The position numbers and the translations under genes were made by a program. Below are positions 26,053 to 32,000 of a stretch of DNA of 32,000 nucleotides, piece by piece. Under the pieces are notes generated by a model. It was given only the letters and a program-made list of their open reading frames with translations, made no database searches and had not been told where the DNA came from. Source of the DNA: Nostoc sp. PCC 7120 = FACHB-418 (GTDB lineage Bacteria > Cyanobacteriota > Cyanobacteriia > Cyanobacteriales > Nostocaceae); the NCBI RefSeq assembly GCF_000009705.1, contig NC_003272.1, forward strand, positions 2,220,001-2,252,000, written 5' to 3'. Position 1 is the stretch's first letter, and the number at the start of each line of letters is the position of its first letter.

Positions 26053-26383
26053 CAACTACCTCAAAATTTTATACTTTGGTATTTAATTGACAAATAATGA
26101 AAAACAAGTGTTTGTATAAGGTTTTGATGCTTGCACTGCATAAAAACGCTGAAAATACAATTTTGTTTGTAGCATTCCTAACTAGGAAGCGTAAACGTTA
26201 ATTTTACTTAACCTATAATTTTCCCGCTTTTAATTGAAAAAATTGCGTTCTGTAATCTGCGATTAACAATCAATACTTTTCTTTTAATCAACCTTTTCGT
26301 TATATCTTAGTTATTAGATATTTGTATAAACTGCGGATATTAATTAATAACAGCAACCTTAGCTTGACAATAATCCTGTAATA

Positions 26384-29300
26384 ATGTTTAACCGTCTCAA
26401 AATTGGCTCTAAAATCGGAGCGGGATTTACTATTAGCATCACCATTCTGAGTACAATAGGTTTTATTTCTTATCAAAGTATTCAAGAACTAATTGCTGCT
26501 TCCCGTAAAGAACGACATACTTACCAAGTACTCAGACAAATTGCTGATCTTAATAGTCTGTTGTCCACAGCAGAAAGTGGGCAACGGGGTTACATTATTA
26601 CTGGAGAAATGCGCTATTTAGAACCTTATCAAAAAGCCACAAAGTCTTTAGATATAAGAGTTAAAGAACTGCAAAAGTTAACATCAGATAATCCTCAACA
26701 ACATGGCTATATTTCCAGATTAGAGCCACTAATTAATGAAAGAAGAGCGGTGATGCAAACTGTGCTTGATTTGCGACAAGCTCAAGGTTTTGAAGCTGCT
26801 CAGAAATCTATACTATCAGATAGAGGCAGAGCAGTAATGGCACAAATTAGGAACATCAGCCAGCAGATGAATGCTGAAGAATTGAAATTATTAGAGCAGC
26901 GAACAGCAATGGCACAAAATGCTGCCAACAATACTCTTGCCACTATTACTTATAGCATTCCACTTGTCTCTTTCATCCTCGCGTTAATTGGGTATTTATT
27001 GACTAGACATATCTCCTTTCCATTACAGCAAATTTCTCATGCAGCAGAGAGAATGTCTAGCGGAGATTTAGCAGTTACTTTACCAAATAGCATCCGCCAA
27101 GATGAAATTGGTATCCTGACACGTACATTTAACCAAATGGTAGCTAACCTAAGCATTACAACCCAAAAAAATGAGGAGCAAAATTGGCTCAAGTCTAATT
27201 TAGCTGAATTTACTCAGCTATTGCAAGGACAGCGCAACCTCGAAAGTATGTCTAGTTTAATTTTGTCAAAACTAACGCCACTAGTAGAGTCTCAGCAAAG
27301 TGTATTTTATGTGATTGATAGAACTCATGACGAGGTTACACTCAAATTAATAGGTAGCTACGCTTACAATGAGCGCCGACATTTAAATAATTTTGTGCGA
27401 TTGGGAGAGGGATTAGTAGGACAATGCGCCTTAGAAAAACAAAGAATCCTGTTAACGGAAGTTCCCAGTGACTATATCCGTATTAGTTCCGGCTTAGGAG
27501 CAGCTTTACCACTAAATATTATTGTATTACCAGTACTGTTTGAAACAGAAGTAATCGCCGTGATTGAAATTGCTTCTTTTCATCGTTTCAGTCAATTACA
27601 TTTGACATTTATAGACCAATTTAGCGAAGTTATTGGTGTATTTTTAAATAGTATTTATGCTAGCGCACAAACGCAAAATCTCTTGGATGAATCTGTGGCT
27701 TTAGCCGCAGAATTGAGACAAAGTAATCAACTCCTAGAACAGCAAACACAAGATTTAGAAAATTCGGAATTCCTTTTAAAACAGCAGCAACAGGAGTTGC
27801 AACAATCTAACGAAGAATTACAGCAACTAAATGAAGAACTAGAAGAAAAAGCAGAATTATTAGAACTTCAAAATAATGAAGTCGCGCGCAAGAATCAGGA
27901 GATTGAAAAAGCGAGAAAATTCATAGAGGAAAAGGCAGAGCAATTAGCATTGTCTTCCAGATATAAATCAGAGTTTCTGGCGAATATGTCCCATGAGTTA
28001 CGGACACCGCTTAATAGTCTGTTAATTCTAGCTAAACTCCTAGCAGATAATTCAAGTGGTAACTTAAGTAATAAGCAGGTAGAATATAGCCAAACAATTT
28101 ATTCGGCAGGAACTGATCTTTTAGAGTTAATTAATGATATTCTAGACCTAGCAAAAATCGAATCTGGTACTTTATCGGTAGAACTAGAGCCGATAGATTT
28201 TGCTGATTTGCATGATTATATAAAACGGACTTTTCAGCAAGTCGCCCAAGATAAAGGATTAAGTTTTAGTATTGAGCGTGATGAGCGATTGCCGTCAACA
28301 ATATTAAGCGACCCTAAACGTTTACAACAAATTCTGAAAAATCTCTTGGCTAATGCCTTTAAGTTTACTGAGCAAGGAGGGGTAAATTTAAGAATTGGCT
28401 TAGACCAAATTAATACCAATCATCCTATGATTACTTTTGCTATTAGTGATACAGGTATTGGTATTCCCCAGGAGAAGCAACAAATTATTTTTGAAGCATT
28501 TCAGCAAGTAGATGGTACAACCAGTCGCAAGTATGGAGGAACAGGTTTAGGTTTATCCATCAGCCGCGAACTAGCTCAAATGTTAGGTGGTAGGCTCGGA
28601 TTAGTCAGTCAGCCAGGACAGGGAAGTACTTTTACCCTATATTTACCTCAAACTTATCCAGAAACTAAAACAACAGTAATTTCACAACAGCAGACATCAC
28701 CCCCACACCAGATGTCGCCAGTATTTCAAGAAAATTTACAACCCATTGCTATTGCTAATAGTATCGCCGATGATCGAGGGATAATTCAACAAGGCGATCG
28801 CCTGTTACTCATCATAGACGATGACGATAAATTTGCTCGAATTTTACTAGATATGGCAAGGCAACAAGGCTTTAAAGCTATTGTTTCTTTAAACAGCAAA
28901 CAAGGTTTAGCCTTAGCACAACAATATCAGCCCAATGCCATTACTCTAGATATTTATATGCCGGATATGGATGGCTGGACGCTGTTAGACCGCCTCAAAC
29001 ACGATCCTCAAACTAGACATATTCCTGTGCATATACTTTCTGTTGATGACCGAGAGCAAAGGGCATTACAGTTAGGGGCGATTACTTTTTTACAAAAACC
29101 CGTCTCTCCAGAAATATTAAATCATACGTTAACAGAAATCAAAAGCTTTATTGACCGCAAGGTAAAACGTCTTTTAGTGATAGAAGATGATCCTGTACAA
29201 GCCCAAAGTATTATCGAACTTATTGGTAATGGTGATGTCCAGAGTATAGCCGTGAATACAGGAGCCGCAGCCTTAGACATTTTACGATCACAGCACTTTG

Positions 29301-29968
29301 ATTGTATAGTTTTGGATCTTGGTTTACCTGATATGAGTGGCTTACAACTGCTAGAGCAAATCAAACAAGAACCGAGTTTATTGAAATTACCAATTATTGT
29401 TTACACAGGTAAAGAAATCAGCCGTCAAGAAGAAACGCAACTTAGGAGACTAGCAGAGAGTATAATTATTAAAAATGTGCGATCGCCTGAACGTTTACTA
29501 GACGAAACTTCCCTATTTTTGCATCGAGTACAAGCAAATTTACCCCAGCCGCAACGCCAAATACTCGAACAATTACATCAAACCGACACAATTTTAGCAA
29601 ATCGCAAAATCTTAATTATCGATGATGATCTGCGAAATATCTTTGCCATCACCAGTTTGTTAGAAAGCTATCAAATGCAAGTCTTATTTGCTGAAAATGG
29701 CAGAGACGGCATAGATATTCTGCAAGCCAACCCTGACATCAACGCCGTGTTAATGGATGTGATGATGCCAGAAATGGACGGTTACGAAACTACCCGTAGT
29801 ATCCGTCAACAAAAGCAATTCCGCACCTTACCCATTATTGCTTTAACAGCCAAAGCCATGCCAGGCGATCGGGAAAAGTGCATTGAAGCCGGTGCCTCCG
29901 ATTACATCACTAAACCAGTAGACACTGAACAATTACTCTCATTACTAAGAGTTTGGCTGTATCGATAG
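26384..29968 (+). CDS. Hybrid sensor histidine kinase: CHASE3, TM, HAMP, GAF, coiled coil, HisKA, HATPase_c, then 3x receiver.
   Basis: CHASE3-like ESGQRGYIITGEMRYLEPY. H-box SHELRTPLN. G-boxes DTGIGI and GGTGLGLSI. Receiver aspartates in LDIYMPDMDG, LDLGLPDMSG and MDVMMPEMDG. Confidence 0.9.
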   Translation: MFNRLKIGSKIGAGFTISITILSTIGFISYQSIQELIAASRKERHTYQVLRQIADLNSLLSTAESGQRGYIITGEMRYLEPYQKATKSLDIRVKELQKLTSDNPQQHGYISRLEPLINERRAVMQTVLDLRQAQGFEAAQKSILSDRGRAVMAQIRNISQQMNAEELKLLEQRTAMAQNAANNTLATITYSIPLVSFILALIGYLLTRHISFPLQQISHAAERMSSGDLAVTLPNSIRQDEIGILTRTFNQMVANLSITTQKNEEQNWLKSNLAEFTQLLQGQRNLESMSSLILSKLTPLVESQQSVFYVIDRTHDEVTLKLIGSYAYNERRHLNNFVRLGEGLVGQCALEKQRILLTEVPSDYIRISSGLGAALPLNIIVLPVLFETEVIAVIEIASFHRFSQLHLTFIDQFSEVIGVFLNSIYASAQTQNLLDESVALAAELRQSNQLLEQQTQDLENSEFLLKQQQQELQQSNEELQQLNEELEEKAELLELQNNEVARKNQEIEKARKFIEEKAEQLALSSRYKSEFLANMSHELRTPLNSLLILAKLLADNSSGNLSNKQVEYSQTIYSAGTDLLELINDILDLAKIESGTLSVELEPIDFADLHDYIKRTFQQVAQDKGLSFSIERDERLPSTILSDPKRLQQILKNLLANAFKFTEQGGVNLRIGLDQINTNHPMITFAISDTGIGIPQEKQQIIFEAFQQVDGTTSRKYGGTGLGLSISRELAQMLGGRLGLVSQPGQGSTFTLYLPQTYPETKTTVISQQQTSPPHQMSPVFQENLQPIAIANSIADDRGIIQQGDRLLLIIDDDDKFARILLDMARQQGFKAIVSLNSKQGLALAQQYQPNAITLDIYMPDMDGWTLLDRLKHDPQTRHIPVHILSVDDREQRALQLGAITFLQKPVSPEILNHTLTEIKSFIDRKVKRLLVIEDDPVQAQSIIELIGNGDVQSIAVNTGAAALDILRSQHFDCIVLDLGLPDMSGLQLLEQIKQEPSLLKLPIIVYTGKEISRQEETQLRRLAESIIIKNVRSPERLLDETSLFLHRVQANLPQPQRQILEQLHQTDTILANRKILIIDDDLRNIFAITSLLESYQMQVLFAENGRDGIDILQANPDINAVLMDVMMPEMDGYETTRSIRQQKQFRTLPIIALTAKAMPGDREKCIEAGASDYITKPVDTEQLLSLLRVWLYR

Positions 29969-30051
29969 TCAGGTCAGTTGTCATTAGTTCTTCCCCTTTG
30001 CTCCCTCTGCTCCCCCTGCTTCCGTTACCCCCCTCCTCCCAACCCTTAATT

Positions 30052-30735
30052 TCAACTAGGAACAGTCAAGGGTACACCGTTATCTGTGGGTTTCAACTGG
30101 AGAATAAAGGGAACAGCTTTTAATACCCATTGAGAAATCGGTGGGTAATTGACGGCTTCTTCTCCAAAACAAATATCCAACATATCCGTGTGAATAATCC
30201 CTGGATTGAGGGGAATAGCCGCCATCCCAGCAGGTAGTTCTTGCGCCAAAGCACGAGTTAACCCTTCAATTGCCCATTTAGAGGCACAATAGGGAGCAAC
30301 TAAGGGTGAAGTAGAGCGTCCCCAGCCGGAACTCAAGTTAATGATAATGCCGTGTCGCTTCTGTACCATTGCAGGTATAAAGTAGCGAATTATATGCACA
30401 ACCCCTTTGATATTGATATCAATCAATTGGGAAAAATCCGTAGAGGGAACTTCCCATAAAGGTGCTGGTTGATTAGCAATTGCTGCATTATTAATTAATA
30501 TGTCTGGTGGTTCGTATTCCTTGAGTATAAGTTCTGCCCAAGCTTTTACCTGTGCCTCATCTGCTACATCCACGGCGACAAAGTTGTGGGGTGAGCCAAA
30601 TTTGTGGCTTAATTTCTCAACAGTGACTTGGGAACGAGCGCAACCAATAATCGTATGTCCTTCTTGAATAAACCGCTCTGTCAAAGCGTAACCCAGACCT
30701 CGGCTGACACCAGTAATGAGGATGAGTTTGACCAT
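30052..30735 (-). CDS. Short-chain dehydrogenase/reductase (SDR).
   Basis: ITGVSRGLG (TGxxxGxG), NNAA, and the YCASKWA (YxxxK) catalytic motif. Confidence 0.85.
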   Translation of the reverse strand: MVKLILITGVSRGLGYALTERFIQEGHTIIGCARSQVTVEKLSHKFGSPHNFVAVDVADEAQVKAWAELILKEYEPPDILINNAAIANQPAPLWEVPSTDFSQLIDINIKGVVHIIRYFIPAMVQKRHGIIINLSSGWGRSTSPLVAPYCASKWAIEGLTRALAQELPAGMAAIPLNPGIIHTDMLDICFGEEAVNYPPISQWVLKAVPFILQLKPTDNGVPLTVPS

Positions 30736-30838
30736 ATTTTCCTTTTTATTGTCTCAGCAAGCTCAACAATAAAATACTATTACTGCCAATGATTAAACTC
30801 TCTGAAGTCGCATGAATTTCATACTATTGGCTGATAAG

Positions 30839-30877
30839 TAAGTAAGCCGTGGTGAAAATTTACAACTATGTAACAAA
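30839..30877. repeat. 39-nt direct repeat, copy 1.
   Basis: taagtaagccgtggtgaaaatttacaactatgtaacaaa against copy 2, with 5 mismatches and no gaps. Confidence 0.6.
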
Positions 30878-30979
30878 CAATCAAGCAGAAGAATTAGAGT
30901 TAAATCTGACACGCTGTGTACTGTAATTTCCCTTTTCTCCTCTTCTTTGAACTCCATCCATCACAGCATAAGCAAGGTC

Positions 30980-31018
30980 TAAGTAAGTCGTGGGGAAAAT
31001 TCACAAGTATGTAACAAA
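30980..31018. repeat. 39-nt direct repeat, copy 2.
   Basis: taagtaagtcgtggggaaaattcacaagtatgtaacaaa, 141 nt downstream of copy 1. Confidence 0.6.
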
Positions 31019-31177
31019 TAGATAAAAGTTGAAAATTGGCAATAGATAAGCGGTAAAGGGTGATGACTAATCAGTTACTGTTTATTTATTACCAATTATT
31101 TTTGGTGAGTGCTGAAGTAAGGAGCAACTACTTCTTAATTATTTTTGTCCATATACTTAAACAAACTGAATCTTACC

Positions 31178-32000
31178 TTGAGTGCCATATTTTCCTTTCA
31201 ATCCCTAGCTCGTTGTAGCCAAACAAAAGCCAGATCTGGGATTTTTTTAACTCCCCACGGAATTGTCGAAACTCCGAGATTTATGCCAGTGGGAACCCTG
31301 GCTAATGTAAAGACTGTCACACCAGCACAGCTGAAGGAGACTGGGGCGCAGATGGTTCTCTCTAATACTTATCATCTCCATCTCCAACCAGGGGAAGCCA
31401 TTGTGGCTGGTGGTGGTGGATTGCATAAATTTATGGGCTGGAATGGGCCGATGCTCACCGATTCTGGTGGGTTTCAGGTTTTCAGCTTGAGCGAAATGAG
31501 AAAAATTACGGAAGAAGGTGTGACTTTTCGCTCACCTCGTGACGGACAAATTATTAAATTAACGCCGGAACGCTCTATAGAAATTCAAAATATTTTAGGG
31601 GCTGACGTTATCATGGCGTTCGATGAATGTCCCCCCTACCCAGCTAATCGCCAGGAAGTAGAAGCGGCGACTGAGCGGACTTACCGTTGGTTGGAACGCT
31701 GCATTACGGCTCATCAACGCCAGGATCAAGCGTTGTTCGGTATCGTTCAAGGTGGGGTATATCTGGATTTACGGGCTAAAGCTGCCAATACTTTAACTGA
31801 GTTAGATTTACCTGGTTATGCCATTGGTGGGGTGAGTGTGGGCGAACCACCAGAAATGATGGCGCAAATTGTGCAAGCTACAGCACCACTTTTACCAGCA
31901 CACAAGCCGCGTTACTTGATGGGTGTGGGAACTTATCGAGAGATGGTAATTGCGATCGCCTCTGGTATAGACTTATTTGATTGCGTCATTCCCACCCGTT
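31178..32000 (+). CDS. tgt: Queuine tRNA-ribosyltransferase, 5' part; it runs off the right edge.
   Basis: ...[46 protein letters not shown]...DSGGFQV...AFDEC... are TGT motifs. The frame is open from 31139. The start is provisional (TTG at 31178), because no in-frame ATG lies upstream of the conserved core. Confidence 0.85.
   Translation, partial: MSAIFSFQSLARCSQTKARSGIFLTPHGIVETPRFMPVGTLANVKTVTPAQLKETGAQMVLSNTYHLHLQPGEAIVAGGGGLHKFMGWNGPMLTDSGGFQVFSLSEMRKITEEGVTFRSPRDGQIIKLTPERSIEIQNILGADVIMAFDECPPYPANRQEVEAATERTYRWLERCITAHQRQDQALFGIVQGGVYLDLRAKAANTLTELDLPGYAIGGVSVGEPPEMMAQIVQATAPLLPAHKPRYLMGVGTYREMVIAIASGIDLFDCVIPTR

Noticed and set aside
31063-31221. An unlisted ~52-codon ORF (MTNQLLFIYYQLFLVSAEV...) upstream of and overlapping the tgt start.
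   Set aside because: It is hydrophobic and low-complexity, has no SD and overlaps the tgt frame. It is most likely a chance ORF in AT-rich spacer.
1-32000. A search for tRNA, rRNA, tmRNA or riboswitch-like elements in all spacers.
   Set aside because: I saw no T-loop/acceptor-type signatures (GGTTCGAATCC-like) or recognisable riboswitch cores. Absence cannot be proven by eye, so tRNAscan-SE or Infernal should be run.

Overview
This is a chromosomal segment from a filamentous, heterocyst-type cyanobacterium (Nostoc/Anabaena-like). Three things support that: by manual scan there are 24 copies of the HIP1 octamer GCGATCGC, there are STRR-type 7-8 nt tandem repeats in many intergenic spacers, and the gene content is typical (acsF, ycf35, ycf46, hemC, glgA, tgt). 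From memory only, the gene order from about 3.4 kb to 24.3 kb matches Anabaena PCC 7120 all1861 (sjcF1) through all1880 (acsF). That needs a BLAST check.

The window has two parts.

(1) Positions 1 to about 3400 are AT-rich, HIP1-free and accessory-looking. They hold the 3' end of a toxin-like gene plus a small immunity-like ORF, and an intact vapB next to a vapC that is broken twice (homopolymer frameshift and an IS630-family insertion with intact inverted repeats and a TA duplication). They also hold a degenerate second copy of the toxin 3' end, MITE-like repeats, and an orphan ribbon-helix-helix (RHH) antitoxin-like gene.

(2) Positions from about 3400 to 32000 are core genome. They encode cell-wall proteins (SH3b/PG-binding SjcF1-like, M23 peptidase) and a redox/electrophile gene group (PEP-mutase family, nitroreductase, Old Yellow Enzyme, thioredoxin) beside a divergent ArsR-type regulator with a perfect 21-bp palindrome. 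Next come a CHASE2 Ser/Thr kinase, a VOC protein, and an RHH / Ycf46 AAA+ / Ycf35 (DUF1257) same-strand trio. After that are a metallophosphoesterase, a lipid kinase, hemC, glgA, acsF, two tandem CAP-domain paralogs, a CHASE3-GAF hybrid histidine kinase with three receivers, an SDR, and the 5' part of tgt.

I found no rRNA, tRNA or CRISPR array. All domain calls rest on motifs I recognise in the translations. No database search was possible.
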